From contig JACROE010000002.1 of NCBI GenBank assembly GCA_016214565.1, forward strand, positions 1,048,007 to 1,112,006: DNA of 64,000 nt, written 5' to 3'. The DNA comes from Candidatus Kerfeldbacteria bacterium. Lineage in GTDB: Bacteria; Patescibacteriota; Patescibacteriia; UBA10025; JAHIVO01. The stretch's first letter is position 1. Every line of letters starts with the position of its first letter. Below the pieces are notes generated by a model that did no database searches, was not told the origin of the DNA, and worked only from the letters and a program-made list of their open reading frames with translations. The position numbers were made by a program, and so were the translations under genes. This document shows, piece after piece, positions 38,051-48,626 of the stretch.

Positions 38051-38450
38051 ACGAATATAAATATAGCGTTAATTGATAAATAATAAAGCCTGCAACCAAA
38101 GAAATAATGACTGCAACTATACCATGATCGTGAATCCTCGTATATACCAATCCTGCACCAGCCAATGCCCAGGCGCCATTCCAGAGATGGCCGCTCTTCT
38201 TTCGCGCTGCAGCAGCTTCATCCAGGGCAATAAATGTGTAATTATTTTGCAAAATTATAACCAAAAATCCACACCCAATTGTTCCCCAAAGGAAATAATT
38301 AAATTCCAAAAAATTTCCTACAAATCCCGGCTGTATATCTTCCAATACATACAACATAAGAAAGGTAACTAGCATCACCTTAAATACTTCTCGGGCTATA
38401 AATACCGCCCACTGGAGTACCCGCTCCCCTTTTGTATTTGGGATAAACAT
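38025..38450 (-). CDS. Hypothetical 4-TM membrane protein
   Basis: Hydrophobic 141-aa ORF within the operon, overlapping the ahcY start. Confidence 0.65.
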   Translation of the reverse strand: MFIPNTKGERVLQWAVFIAREVFKVMLVTFLMLYVLEDIQPGFVGNFLEFNYFLWGTIGCGFLVIILQNNYTFIALDEAAAARKKSGHLWNGAWALAGAGLVYTRIHDHGIVAVIISLVAGFIIYQLTLYLYSYDDTEEAA

Positions 38451-38454
38451 ATCG

Positions 38455-40167
38455 TTACTGAGATGAGCTGCCCAAATTATTTCTTATTTTTTGCATAACA
38501 TTATCAAGTGTTAATGGATCCTTATGAAATTCAAAGGTGAGACCGTGCACGAGTAATTTTTTCCGTGCCTCGGGCAAACCAGGCATAACAATAATAAATT
38601 CGGTTTTTTTGGTTTCTGCATTTGTGTACAGCATAGGGATTTCAATCGTAGCTGTTGCGTACATCCATTTCCCGCGACGTTCTACCTGCGCATATCGAGC
38701 GATAATATAATCGTACGTATCAATATTTTCCACCTCAGGCAAATCAACCACGCCAGAATACTGTGGATCAAAGAATTGATCCTGACTTACTGCAAAATAT
38801 CCATTTCCGTCAATGGTCATATCATTTTTGGGAATATAGGCATATGGTGTACCTGATAATCTACTCATAACGTACGGGGTGTTAAGATCGACCAGCGGCT
38901 GTGGCACGCCATTGAGCGTAAATGTCTGAAGCCCTTCTTCATGCTCTGTCATAAACTCTACCTTTTCTGATTTAAAATAAACGCCACTTGGACGTGTGGG
39001 GTGCGTACCAATAATGGAAGCATATACAGGATTATCAGCTAAGTATATATGATTACGGAATACGATAAGGTGTTGTTTACTCAAAATCTGCTTGATAAAG
39101 ACGTCGTTCTCCCCTGGATCAAACTTCACATGATAGAGCCCGAAGGGCAAATCATCCTGACTAATTCGAAAACGATACTCCGGCTGTCCACCATCGTTAG
39201 ATTCAGTCGTGGCGATATTGGTATCTAATTCAACCTCATCAATAAAAGTTTCAGCTGAGGAATACAATTGCAAAGTAATCGGGCTTGGATCGGTTGAGCG
39301 GGAAGCAATCCGAACCGCAAATTCGAAGTACAATGGCTCACCCTGACCAATATACGTATATAAATCATGCTGCCCGCGTAGTACTGTATTAATGACCGTA
39401 TATGACTGTTTCGGCTCATACCCAGGTAATTCATGATACAGTGACAAATCAAAATTATACTTAATAATTGTCTGCAAGTCGGGTAGATTACGCAAAAAAG
39501 AATCAATAGTAAATCTAGGGGTCACCGATTCCTCCAACGGCGTTAACTGTGCGTCACGATTCTTCGTCAACTGCTGAATTTGCGCATCATATTCGGCTCG
39601 CGTAGATTCATCAAGAGCGTCGACGGGACCAAATGACTTTTCGATAGACTGCTTTTGCAGCTCAAAATCTCTCAGAATAGATGCATACTGAGATTGATAT
39701 TCTCGATCGCGATACCAAAGAACATTGTTCCCTTCTCGCACCGGAATCCAGTACGGAGGTAGGGATTCCAAACGCGGTTCATAATATGCTAAATCGGTAT
39801 AGGCATAAGCGCCATTCGGCTGAAAAACCCCAAGTTTAATAACCTCTTGTGCGTCAGGATTTTGATATTGCAGGCCGACCTTAACCGAATTGAACAATCG
39901 AGGCGTTGTCACATTAAAATACAAAGGTGAGGCGGTGATTGCTTGAAACGATTCATCACTGCCTCCAAACGTCCCCGTCATTGTTACCGGCTCTTTTGAA
40001 GCAAAACTTGAAACAAAAGGAGACGGGTCATCAACGGTATGAGAAAACCTCATAGTGCCTGAGGGGGTAAAATTTGCAATGCCAAGATACGCCAACACAG
40101 CAACGGGAATCAACCATTTAGTGATCCGAATTATTGAAAACAATGAATTATTTTGTGGTTCTTGCAT
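38455..40167 (-). CDS. Hypothetical membrane-anchored extracytoplasmic protein
   Basis: 570 aa, single N-terminal TM, acidic beta-rich body with a coiled-coil segment; no family recognised. Confidence 0.75.
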   Translation of the reverse strand: MQEPQNNSLFSIIRITKWLIPVAVLAYLGIANFTPSGTMRFSHTVDDPSPFVSSFASKEPVTMTGTFGGSDESFQAITASPLYFNVTTPRLFNSVKVGLQYQNPDAQEVIKLGVFQPNGAYAYTDLAYYEPRLESLPPYWIPVREGNNVLWYRDREYQSQYASILRDFELQKQSIEKSFGPVDALDESTRAEYDAQIQQLTKNRDAQLTPLEESVTPRFTIDSFLRNLPDLQTIIKYNFDLSLYHELPGYEPKQSYTVINTVLRGQHDLYTYIGQGEPLYFEFAVRIASRSTDPSPITLQLYSSAETFIDEVELDTNIATTESNDGGQPEYRFRISQDDLPFGLYHVKFDPGENDVFIKQILSKQHLIVFRNHIYLADNPVYASIIGTHPTRPSGVYFKSEKVEFMTEHEEGLQTFTLNGVPQPLVDLNTPYVMSRLSGTPYAYIPKNDMTIDGNGYFAVSQDQFFDPQYSGVVDLPEVENIDTYDYIIARYAQVERRGKWMYATATIEIPMLYTNAETKKTEFIIVMPGLPEARKKLLVHGLTFEFHKDPLTLDNVMQKIRNNLGSSSQ

Positions 40168-40180
40168 TGGTACTATTTGT

Positions 40181-40209
40181 ACTATACTAATTTATCATCG
40201 TATCATCAA
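40181..40209 (-). promoter_or_regulatory. Promoter of the hypothetical-ahcY-rml operon
   Basis: TTGATG-17 nt-TATAGT, 13 nt before ATG 40167. Confidence 0.65.
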
Positions 40210-41876
40210 TTTCCAATCGGCACTACCCGTGTCAGATTCATCTGATCGGGCAGTATAGCGCGTTGTTCAGTCGTGAGATGACTTCGAGATAATAGTTCAC
40301 GTACTCTGACCATGTCTACATTTAAGCTATTTTCGTACACGTACAATGAGGTTTGACTGGCTACCTGGGCAAGCGCTTCAGCCGCAACTGAGCTTGAGGC
40401 GGGCAATGTTGCAATCACGCGTCGATCAGGAAAAAAGAACCGATCGGCCCCACCGGCGATAATAACGGCCTCAGACGGTGTATTTGCCAAAACTTCAGAA
40501 CGTACCTGCTCATACGTTTCTATATGCCGTTGTAACTGCATAAGTCCTTGAAGCGGATCGGCTACCGTTAAGCTTACTGACAATCCGACAATCACAAAAA
40601 CTAAAAAAATAGTTACCGCCGCCTGGTATCGCGTGGCCCATAAGCTAACGACCCATAGCATACCGCGAACAGCGATCGGAATACCCATGATAAGAATTGG
40701 CAACCAATAACGGAGATATGAAGACCCGAGCAATACTTTGGTTGGGTCAATATATTCTTTAAACGTGAAAGCTCCATAATACAATATCATCCAAACAGAA
40801 ATAATGACGAACAAACACGTATAAACTATCTCCGGGATCGTAACCGTATTTATGGTTTCAAGAGAATATAGCGTACGCCGAACCCAGCTACGAATCGAGT
40901 TAAAAAATATTAAACTCATACCCGCTATGACAAAAAGGCTGTACCACGGCATATACGCAATAAGATACGTGTAGGCCATTTGTAGGGATTGAGATAAATT
41001 AATGCCAAAAGGAAAGAAATATTGCAACCAACTCGCACCGGGATCCTGCGTACGAGAAACGGTATCGAGAGTATCACTCAGTGATGGCATGGAGTAGGAA
41101 AAAGTAAATGCTGAGCCGTACAATTCATTGTTAACAAACAAAACTGGTGTAAATACCAAAACGGCTGGAATGATAAATGATACAATTCGAGAAATAGTCA
41201 ATTGACGGCGATGCACCATTGCTATCGATCCTAAAAGTATCAGAACCCAAATAACCTCTGAAATGCGTACTGAAAATGCCATACCCAAAGCAAGTCCGGC
41301 GATAATGAAAAAAGTGTTTCTTCCACGTTCTGATTTATCAAATGCCCGCATCAAGGCAGAAAGACAGATTAACAAAAGAGAAACAAAAAGAACATTATGA
41401 AACATCCCTCGACTTGCGTAGAGCCAAAACGGTGGAAGGATCAATAAAAGCAACAGTGAAGTAATAGCAGTTACAAAGCCAAATAATCGTTTACAAATAA
41501 AGTAAAAAGACAACGCACCAATAATTGCAGCCATCGGGGTCAACCAAAGCAATGCCCAATTACCAAGTGCTGACGCTGCCATTCCATAATACAGTGGCAA
41601 TCCAATAAAACTATTTGGCACTAAATCTCCGTCGGCATTTATTTTTATACTGCGAGGATGGACGATCCCCGGGCTACCGACATTAATCGAATCATGAGCA
41701 AGCGGCATACCGCTCTCAGCCACCTTTGTCGCAAAAAAGTAATTCGCTGTTTCATCAGGAGAGGTAAATACGCTATCCCCCTGGTAGTAGCTGCCGTAGA
41801 TGCATAAAAAAAATAACAATAAAACAGCAATCGATAACGAAGCAAAAGGAATGCGGGCTTTGGCAAATGTAGTCAT
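40206..41876 (-). CDS. GT-C fold glycosyltransferase (GT39-like)
   Basis: SPDETANY acidic motif after TM1, about 12 TM, RYWLP, C-terminal NTPSEAVII domain. Confidence 0.75.
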   Translation of the reverse strand: MTTFAKARIPFASLSIAVLLLFFLCIYGSYYQGDSVFTSPDETANYFFATKVAESGMPLAHDSINVGSPGIVHPRSIKINADGDLVPNSFIGLPLYYGMAASALGNWALLWLTPMAAIIGALSFYFICKRLFGFVTAITSLLLLLILPPFWLYASRGMFHNVLFVSLLLICLSALMRAFDKSERGRNTFFIIAGLALGMAFSVRISEVIWVLILLGSIAMVHRRQLTISRIVSFIIPAVLVFTPVLFVNNELYGSAFTFSYSMPSLSDTLDTVSRTQDPGASWLQYFFPFGINLSQSLQMAYTYLIAYMPWYSLFVIAGMSLIFFNSIRSWVRRTLYSLETINTVTIPEIVYTCLFVIISVWMILYYGAFTFKEYIDPTKVLLGSSYLRYWLPILIMGIPIAVRGMLWVVSLWATRYQAAVTIFLVFVIVGLSVSLTVADPLQGLMQLQRHIETYEQVRSEVLANTPSEAVIIAGGADRFFFPDRRVIATLPASSSVAAEALAQVASQTSLYVYENSLNVDMVRVRELLSRSHLTTEQRAILPDQMNLTRVVPIGN

Positions 41877-41888
41877 AGTACATCGGTC

Positions 41889-41916
41889 ACTATACCATTA
41901 AATATGCCCTTTTCAA
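41889..41916 (-). promoter_or_regulatory. Promoter of the GT-C gene
   Basis: TTGAAA-16 nt-TATAGT with extended -10, 12 nt before the ATG. Confidence 0.6.
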
Positions 41917-41984
41917 AGTAAATGCTATCTGATACGATAGTAATCAATATTAAGCAAATTCAGTGATTTTTGGATAATTTTGCT

Positions 41985-42272
41985 ATGCAATTCCTGGATT
42001 ATATGCGCATCGCGGTCGGTGTCACTGTTGCCCTTGGACTGCCTGGTTTTTGCATTAGTTTAGCGCTATGGCCTCAGCAGCGGCGATGGTCATTTGAACG
42101 GATCATTATAAGTATCATCATATCAATTATTACGACCTCTGGTCTCACCTATGCCGCCAATCAGCTCGGCGCCCCATTCAGCCTGCTCACCATTGGCATT
42201 GTCATCAGTGTAACAAGTCTTATCAGTCTCATTATTTACTATTTTATTAAGTCAAAAAGTAATCCTGTATGA
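41985..42272 (+). CDS. Small membrane protein, DUF1616 N-terminal-like
   Basis: LPGF...ALWP...ERIIISIIISI pattern, 3 TM; coupled to wbpB. Confidence 0.6.
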   Translation: MQFLDYMRIAVGVTVALGLPGFCISLALWPQQRRWSFERIIISIIISIITTSGLTYAANQLGAPFSLLTIGIVISVTSLISLIIYYFIKSKSNPV

Positions 42273-43213
42273 AAAATTTTGCCATTACCGGCGTTGCTGG
42301 ATATATTGCGCCGCGCCATCTCAAAGCAATTAAGGAAACCGGTAATACTGTCGTAGCCGCTCTTGACCCGCACGACTCGGTTGGAATTCTCGATAGTTAC
42401 TTTCCTGAAGCGCGTTTTTTTACTGAATTCGAGCGATTTGATCGCCACGTTGATAAACTTCGCCGTCACAATAAGGAAAAAGAGGTGCACTATGTCAGTA
42501 TTTGCACGCCAAACTATTTACACGACGCTCACATGCGATTTGCGCTTCGCATCGGTGCTGATGCAATTTGTGAAAAACCCCTAGTGCTCAATCCATGGAA
42601 TATCGATGCCCTCCAGGAACTTGAAAAAGAATACGGGAAAAAAATATATACGGTTCTCCAACTACGGTTACACCCAAAACTTGTCGAGCTAAAGAAAAAA
42701 TTAGCCGACGATACAAAGCGGCGCCACCAGGTTAGTTTGACTTATATTACCTCCCGCGGCTCCTGGTACCTTTCATCATGGAAAGGATCGTTGGAAAAAT
42801 CAGGCGGACTAGCCACAAACATTGGCATACACTTTTTCGACTTACTCCTATGGCTCTTTGGTCCCGCCATCCGGAATGATGTTCACGTCAATGATGAAAA
42901 AAGGGTTAGTGGATTTCTCGAACTTAAAAATGCAGATGTCCAATGGTATCTCTCAATTGAGAGTGAAGACTTGCCAAAAGAAGCCGGGGACAAAAAGACG
43001 TTTCGTTCCATGACGCTGGATGGTAATGAAATAGAATTTTCTGATGGCTTTACTGACCTTCACACGCTTGTTTACAAAGATATTTTAGAAGGTGGCGGTT
43101 TTGGAACCGCTGATGCGCGCGATTCGATCCAGTTGGCTCATGATATCCGCCATGCCACTCCAAAAGCCTCTGCAGAGCTGATTCACCCTCTTGCCAGCCA
43201 CTTCGCTAAATAG
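42269..43213 (+). CDS. wbpB: UDP-GlcNAcA 3-dehydrogenase (WbpB/WlbA family)
   Basis: GVAGYIAPRHLKAI, DPHDSVGILDSYFP, CEKPLVLNPWN, ATNIGIHFFD, GFTDLHT. Confidence 0.9.
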   Translation: MKNFAITGVAGYIAPRHLKAIKETGNTVVAALDPHDSVGILDSYFPEARFFTEFERFDRHVDKLRRHNKEKEVHYVSICTPNYLHDAHMRFALRIGADAICEKPLVLNPWNIDALQELEKEYGKKIYTVLQLRLHPKLVELKKKLADDTKRRHQVSLTYITSRGSWYLSSWKGSLEKSGGLATNIGIHFFDLLLWLFGPAIRNDVHVNDEKRVSGFLELKNADVQWYLSIESEDLPKEAGDKKTFRSMTLDGNEIEFSDGFTDLHTLVYKDILEGGGFGTADARDSIQLAHDIRHATPKASAELIHPLASHFAK

Positions 43214-43262
43214 CATTTTCTAACTTACCCAGCTACGTCGCTAACGGCTCAAAGTTTAGATT

Positions 43263-43290
43263 TTGAAATATTGGAGAAATTTGTTATAAT
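43263..43290 (+). promoter_or_regulatory. Internal promoter before wbpD
   Basis: TTGAAA-16 nt-TATAAT with extended TG. Confidence 0.6.
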
Positions 43291-43349
43291 ATTGCAGCAT
43301 TCGGCAACTTGTTAAGTAATTTTTGATACGTAAAATTACAGATAAAACT

Positions 43350-43925
43350 ATGCCCACTGACTACTTTGCCCACGAATCGAGCTATATCGACGAAGGTGCC
43401 AAAATCGGAACCGAAACTAAGATTTGGCATTTTTGCCACATTATGTCTGGCGCCATAATCGGGGCTCACTGTTCACTGGGGCAGAACGTAAATGTCGCCG
43501 GCGGAGCAGTGGTAGGTAATCACGTGAAGATCCAGAACAATGTTTCAATATATGACGGAGTTACTGTTGAAGACTATGTCTTTTGTGGGCCTTCAATGGT
43601 TTTTACGAATGACCCAACCCCGCGCGCAAAATTTCCGCTTGGTCGAACTAATTATAAAAAAACGATTTTAAAAGAAGGCTCAAGTATTGGTGCGAATGCA
43701 ACCATTGTGTGTGGCAACACCATTGGCAAATCTGCTTTTATTGGATCGGGTTCAGTAGTCACAAAAGACATCCCTGACTATGCTATTGCTTATGGCAACC
43801 CTGCTCGCGTTCATGGCTGGATATGTGAGTGCGGTAGTAAACTTGTTTTTGCGGATGAAAAAGCTATCTGTGCAAGATGTAGCAGTAATTACCTAAAAAA
43901 AGATGACCACGTAACTAAACAATAA
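43350..43925 (+). CDS. wbpD: UDP-GlcNAc3NA N-acetyltransferase (WbpD/WlbB, hexapeptide repeat)
   Basis: KIWHFCHI, KIQNNVSIY, GPSMVFTND, GNPAR, C-terminal CECG...CxxC; likely ATG at 43350. Confidence 0.88.
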   Translation: MPTDYFAHESSYIDEGAKIGTETKIWHFCHIMSGAIIGAHCSLGQNVNVAGGAVVGNHVKIQNNVSIYDGVTVEDYVFCGPSMVFTNDPTPRAKFPLGRTNYKKTILKEGSSIGANATIVCGNTIGKSAFIGSGSVVTKDIPDYAIAYGNPARVHGWICECGSKLVFADEKAICARCSSNYLKKDDHVTKQ

Positions 43926-43933
43926 AAAATGTT

Positions 43934-45034
43934 ATGAAACTCGTCGACCTTCACCGCCAGTATACGTCAATTAAAAAACCGATTGATGCTGCAATTAAAC
44001 GAATCATCAATTCGACTGATTTTATTCTAGGGAAAGATGTTGATGAACTAGAACACGCTATCGCTAAATTCTGCAAGGTACCTTATGCAGTAGGACTTAA
44101 TTCTGGAACTGACGCACTCTTATTTGCTCTCCGAGCTCTCGGTATCAAACGAGGCGATGAAGTAATTACCACTCCCTTCACCTTTATCGCTACTGCGGAA
44201 ATGATTGCGCTTGAGGGAGCTCGACCAGTTTTTGCCGATATTGACCCTGCCACCTTTAATATTGACCCCAAAGAGATTGAAAAACATATTACTAAGCGCA
44301 CTAAGGCCATAATTCCAGTTCACCTTTACGGCCAGCCAGCTGCGATGCAGGCGATTATGAAAATAGCCCACAAACATAAGCTACCCGTTATCGAAGACGC
44401 CGCGCAGGCAATCGGCGCGAAGATAGCAAATCAGCCGGTATGCACCTTTGGTGAAGTGGGTTGTTTGTCTTTCTTTCCAGCAAAAAATTTAGGATGCTAC
44501 GGTGATGGTGGGATGCTTTTAACGCGCGACAAAAAAGTTGCTGATCGAGTCCGGATGATGCTCAATCACGGATCTCGCATCCGCTACCACCATGAATTTA
44601 TCGGCGATTCTTCGCGATTAGACAATCTTCAAGCGGCAATTCTGAATGCTAAACTCCCCTACTTAAATGGCTGGAACAAAAAAAGAGCTGCGGTTGCTCG
44701 TTTATATAATACCCTATTAAAATCACCAGTCATCACCCCGTATGTACCAAAAGGGTTCACTTCGGTCTTTCAGCAGTACACGATTCGCATCCCGAATCGG
44801 ACGGCGGTTCGTAAACGATTGGAGAAATTAGGGATACCCACTGCTATTCACTATCCCATCCCACTGCATCTCCAGCCGGCCATCAAAAAATTAAAACTTG
44901 GATACCGCCAAGGTGATTTTCCTCATTCGGAAAAAGCCAGCCGCGAAGTATTATCGCTTCCGATGTACCCAGAAATAACTAAATCTGAAATTATCACGGT
45001 AGCTCGCGCTATCAACCAAGCAGTACACGTATGA
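43934..45034 (+). CDS. wbpE: DegT/DnrJ/EryC1/StrS aminotransferase (WbpE-like)
   Basis: NSGTDAL, VHLYGQ, EDAAQAIGA, SFFPAKNLGCYGDGG, SRLDNLQAA. Confidence 0.82.
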   Translation: MKLVDLHRQYTSIKKPIDAAIKRIINSTDFILGKDVDELEHAIAKFCKVPYAVGLNSGTDALLFALRALGIKRGDEVITTPFTFIATAEMIALEGARPVFADIDPATFNIDPKEIEKHITKRTKAIIPVHLYGQPAAMQAIMKIAHKHKLPVIEDAAQAIGAKIANQPVCTFGEVGCLSFFPAKNLGCYGDGGMLLTRDKKVADRVRMMLNHGSRIRYHHEFIGDSSRLDNLQAAILNAKLPYLNGWNKKRAAVARLYNTLLKSPVITPYVPKGFTSVFQQYTIRIPNRTAVRKRLEKLGIPTAIHYPIPLHLQPAIKKLKLGYRQGDFPHSEKASREVLSLPMYPEITKSEIITVARAINQAVHV

Positions 45035-46014
45035 GCAAAGGCAAACTCAAGGTCGCCGTCATCGGCGTGGGAAACATGGGTCGCCACCACGCACGAAATT
45101 ATTATGAAATGAAAGAATGTAATCTGGTGGCGATCTGCGACATTGATCCAACAAAAGCAGAATTAGCCAAACAGTATAGCTGTGCTTTTTATACTGACTT
45201 TCGGCGTATGCTGAAAAATGAAAAAATTGACGCGATTTCCATTGCCGTTCCCACCAAACATCACTTTGCAATAGCAATGCACTGCATTAAAGACAGAAAG
45301 CATGTTCTCGTCGAAAAGCCAATTGCTGCTTCCGTTTCTGATGCGAGACGGATGATAGCTTTAGCTGCCAAAATGAAAGTAACGTTTACCGTTGGTCATA
45401 TTGAACGATTCAATCCTGGTGTACAAAAAATGCACGAGCTGATAAACCAAGGTAAGCTCGGCTCAATCATTTCCATAATTTCTAAGCGGGTCGGTCCATT
45501 CGCGCCGCGCATCAAAGATTCGGGTGTGTTGATTGATCTAGCAGTGCATGATATTGACATCATTGGCCACCTGCTTCATAAACTGCCGACCCATGTCACG
45601 GTAAATGGGGGCAAAGCCATTAATAAGAAAATTGATGACTTTGCGGAAATATTTCTTCGTTATGGAAACCAATCCGGATATATCCAAGTAAACTGGATCA
45701 CTCCGGTGATCATCCGAGAATTGCATGTTACGGGCACCAAGGGATACGCTCATCTAAACTACATTACCCAAGAATTAGGATTCTATAAATCACGTTACAA
45801 AGAACAGTTTAATAATTACGGAGATTTTGTTATTCAGTTCGGCAAATCACACCGTCTCAATGTACCAATCCAATCCCATGAGCCATTGCGCAGAGAATTG
45901 CAATCATTTTTAGCAAATATAACCCGCCACACACGACCCGTAGTCTCGGGACAAGATGGGCTCGAAGCTCTCCGCATTGCTCTTCGTGCATTACATACCA
46001 TCAAATATGCTTAA
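45031..46014 (+). CDS. Gfo/Idh/MocA oxidoreductase (second nucleotide-sugar 3-dehydrogenase-like)
   Basis: GVGNMGRHHAR, VEKPI, GHIERFNP, DLAVHDID, NWITP. Confidence 0.85.
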   Translation: MSKGKLKVAVIGVGNMGRHHARNYYEMKECNLVAICDIDPTKAELAKQYSCAFYTDFRRMLKNEKIDAISIAVPTKHHFAIAMHCIKDRKHVLVEKPIAASVSDARRMIALAAKMKVTFTVGHIERFNPGVQKMHELINQGKLGSIISIISKRVGPFAPRIKDSGVLIDLAVHDIDIIGHLLHKLPTHVTVNGGKAINKKIDDFAEIFLRYGNQSGYIQVNWITPVIIRELHVTGTKGYAHLNYITQELGFYKSRYKEQFNNYGDFVIQFGKSHRLNVPIQSHEPLRRELQSFLANITRHTRPVVSGQDGLEALRIALRALHTIKYA

Positions 46015-46969
46015 CTTTCGAGGAAAAAATATTTTGATAACCGGTGGCGCTGGATTTATCGGTAGTCACTTAATTGATCAGTTAATAACCGAGCAGCCAC
46101 GAAACATCATCGTCGTAGACAATCTTTTTCTTGGCAAGCTGGCTAATTTGAAGGATGCTCAAAAGAATTTTCCTCGGCTTATCTTTTACCGTCATGACGC
46201 TTCAGATTACTCATTTATGAAGCGGCTGGTTGCCAAGCATCGGATTCATGTCATTTACAATCTCGCTACCAAGGCTCTCCCCTATTCTTTCACCGATCCC
46301 GAGGATGCATATCTGATAAACGTAAAACTTTCAACCACCTTATTGCGTCTTTTGCTCGATAAACAATACCAGACACTGATTCACTTTTCTTCGTCTGAAG
46401 CATACGGTTCCTCACTGACTTCATCAATGTCAGAACTGCATCCATTGGTCCCCCACACACCCTATGCCGCAGGCAAGGCCTCGGCTGACCTCCAAGTCAT
46501 GGCTTGGCGCCATTTCTTTAAGCTTGATATTGCCATTATTCGCCCTTTTAATAATTATGGCCCGCGGCAAAATGAAGGAATGTATGCCGGCGTCATCCCC
46601 ATTACCATTAAACGAATTATGAAAGGTCAGCCACCCATTCTCCAGGGTGACGGAAAGCAAACTAGAGATTTTATTTATGTGACGGATACGGCACGTGCGG
46701 CGATCGCAATCTACAAAAATCCACGTACCCGTGGCACTATTCTCAATATTGCAAGTGGTAAAGAATTATCAATCAAAAAAATTATTGCATCAATCTCAAA
46801 GTTAATGAATTACCACGGTCCAGTTATTAAAAAACCCAGTCGTACTGCTGATGTCCGCCGACATCTCGCCAATGTGTCAATGGCAAAAAAAATTCTTCAT
46901 TTTAAACAGTCGATTTCATTTACCACCGGAATTGCTAAAACGATCGAATGGTATAAGCATAGCGTATAA
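46007..46969 (+). CDS. NAD-dependent nucleotide-sugar epimerase/dehydratase
   Basis: TGGAGFIGSH, SSSEAYG, YAAGK, RPFNNYGPRQ, GDGKQTRDF; likely ATG at 46007. Confidence 0.9.
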   Translation: MLNFRGKNILITGGAGFIGSHLIDQLITEQPRNIIVVDNLFLGKLANLKDAQKNFPRLIFYRHDASDYSFMKRLVAKHRIHVIYNLATKALPYSFTDPEDAYLINVKLSTTLLRLLLDKQYQTLIHFSSSEAYGSSLTSSMSELHPLVPHTPYAAGKASADLQVMAWRHFFKLDIAIIRPFNNYGPRQNEGMYAGVIPITIKRIMKGQPPILQGDGKQTRDFIYVTDTARAAIAIYKNPRTRGTILNIASGKELSIKKIIASISKLMNYHGPVIKKPSRTADVRRHLANVSMAKKILHFKQSISFTTGIAKTIEWYKHSV

Positions 46970-46972
46970 TGT

Positions 46973-48091
46973 ATGATTAAACTCATTATCCCCGAAGTTT
47001 CACTGAAAGCCGTAGCGCGAGATTACGAAAAAATATTTAAGTCCGGCATGCTAACGCAGGGTCCGTACGTGAAACTATTTGAAAAAAAAGTTGCGCGCAT
47101 GATTGGTGTACGCTACGCGTTTGCCACTACCTCGGCTACAACCGCGCTACATCTTTCCTTAGCGGCGCTTGGCATCGGCCCAGGTGATGAGGTCTTGGTG
47201 GCTGATTTTACCTTTCCCGCAACAGCAAACGTTGTGGTTCAATTAGGGGCAAAACCGGTTCTCGTTGATGTCCGAACCGATGACTTCACCATCGACATAC
47301 ATGACCTCAAAAGTAAAATAACACGCCGCACAAAAGCAATTATGCCAGTGGATACGTTCGGCTATCCAGCAAATATGCCAGCAATTATCAACGTTGCCAA
47401 ACGCCATAAACTGCATGTCATCGAAGATGCGGCGTGCTCGATCGGCGCTCGCATCGCCGGCCGGTATTGCGGGAGCTTCCCTACCATGGGTTGCTTTAGC
47501 TTTCACCCCCGCAAATCAATCACCACAGGCGAGGGTGGCATGCTGACGACTAATGACAGCACCTTAGCAAAAACGATTTCAGTGTTACGAAACCACGGAG
47601 GCGTTTTCAATGAATCTCGAGGTTACTATGACTACGTCGAAGCTGGCTTTAATTACCGCATGTCCGAAATTCAGGCAGCCCTTGGTCTCAGCCAATTTGC
47701 GCAAATTAAAACAATTATTAAAAACCGTCGGCATGTAGCGGCCATTTACAATAAAGCATTTGCTCATCACCCTTACATTACTCCTCCGACTGAGCAAAAG
47801 GGACGTCTGCACACATACCAATCATACGTCGTGAAATTACATCCAGACATACCCCGCGATGCACTCATGAAGAAAATGCGCAACCGTGGCATTGAAGTTA
47901 CGCTCGGCACTTACTCACTTCACATGCAGCCATTCTTTAGAAAAAAATACGGCTACCGACCTGGCGCATTACCAAATTCACAAGCGGCATTCGAACACGC
48001 CATGACCCTACCTCTTCACGCACGCATGACCCAAGCACAGCTCAGCAGTGTCATCAAAACGCTGAATAAAACTATTGAAGAATACGTATGA
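46973..48091 (+). CDS. Second DegT-family aminotransferase
   Basis: [43 protein letters not shown]. Confidence 0.9.
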   Translation: MIKLIIPEVSLKAVARDYEKIFKSGMLTQGPYVKLFEKKVARMIGVRYAFATTSATTALHLSLAALGIGPGDEVLVADFTFPATANVVVQLGAKPVLVDVRTDDFTIDIHDLKSKITRRTKAIMPVDTFGYPANMPAIINVAKRHKLHVIEDAACSIGARIAGRYCGSFPTMGCFSFHPRKSITTGEGGMLTTNDSTLAKTISVLRNHGGVFNESRGYYDYVEAGFNYRMSEIQAALGLSQFAQIKTIIKNRRHVAAIYNKAFAHHPYITPPTEQKGRLHTYQSYVVKLHPDIPRDALMKKMRNRGIEVTLGTYSLHMQPFFRKKYGYRPGALPNSQAAFEHAMTLPLHARMTQAQLSSVIKTLNKTIEEYV

Positions 48092-48618
48092 ACCAACGCC
48101 CGACCCGAACCAGTCACGGGACTGGTGAATTTAGTCAAGACCAGTTTGCTCATTACGGGTCCAATGTTGTCATTGAGCCAGGAGTATTAGTATTCCATCC
48201 TGAAAATATTTTTTTGGATAATGGAGTGTACATTGGACATAACACAATTCTCAAAGGGTACCACCGCAACACTATGCGTATCGGTGCCGGCACCTGGATT
48301 GGGCAGCAGTGCTTTTTTCATAGCGCGGGTGGTATTTCCATCGGTGAAGACGTCGGCATCGGACCAGGAGTAAAAATACTTACCTCAACCCATGATATTG
48401 CAGAGTTAGATCGACCTATCATCCAGGCCACCCAGCTGATTACAAAACCAGTCACGATCAAGGAGTGGAGCGATATTGGCGTAAACGCCATAATTATGCC
48501 TGGCGTTACTATTGGGCGAGGCGCCCAAATTGGTGCAGGCGCGGTCGTTACCAAAGATGTACCTGATTTTGAAGTCTGGGGAGGGGTGCCCGCAAAATTA
48601 ATTAGAAAAAGAAAATAA
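48088..48618 (+). CDS. Hexapeptide-repeat acyltransferase
   Basis: [36 protein letters not shown]. Confidence 0.9.
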   Translation: MNQRPTRTSHGTGEFSQDQFAHYGSNVVIEPGVLVFHPENIFLDNGVYIGHNTILKGYHRNTMRIGAGTWIGQQCFFHSAGGISIGEDVGIGPGVKILTSTHDIAELDRPIIQATQLITKPVTIKEWSDIGVNAIIMPGVTIGRGAQIGAGAVVTKDVPDFEVWGGVPAKLIRKRK

Positions 48619-48626
48619 CAATCCTT

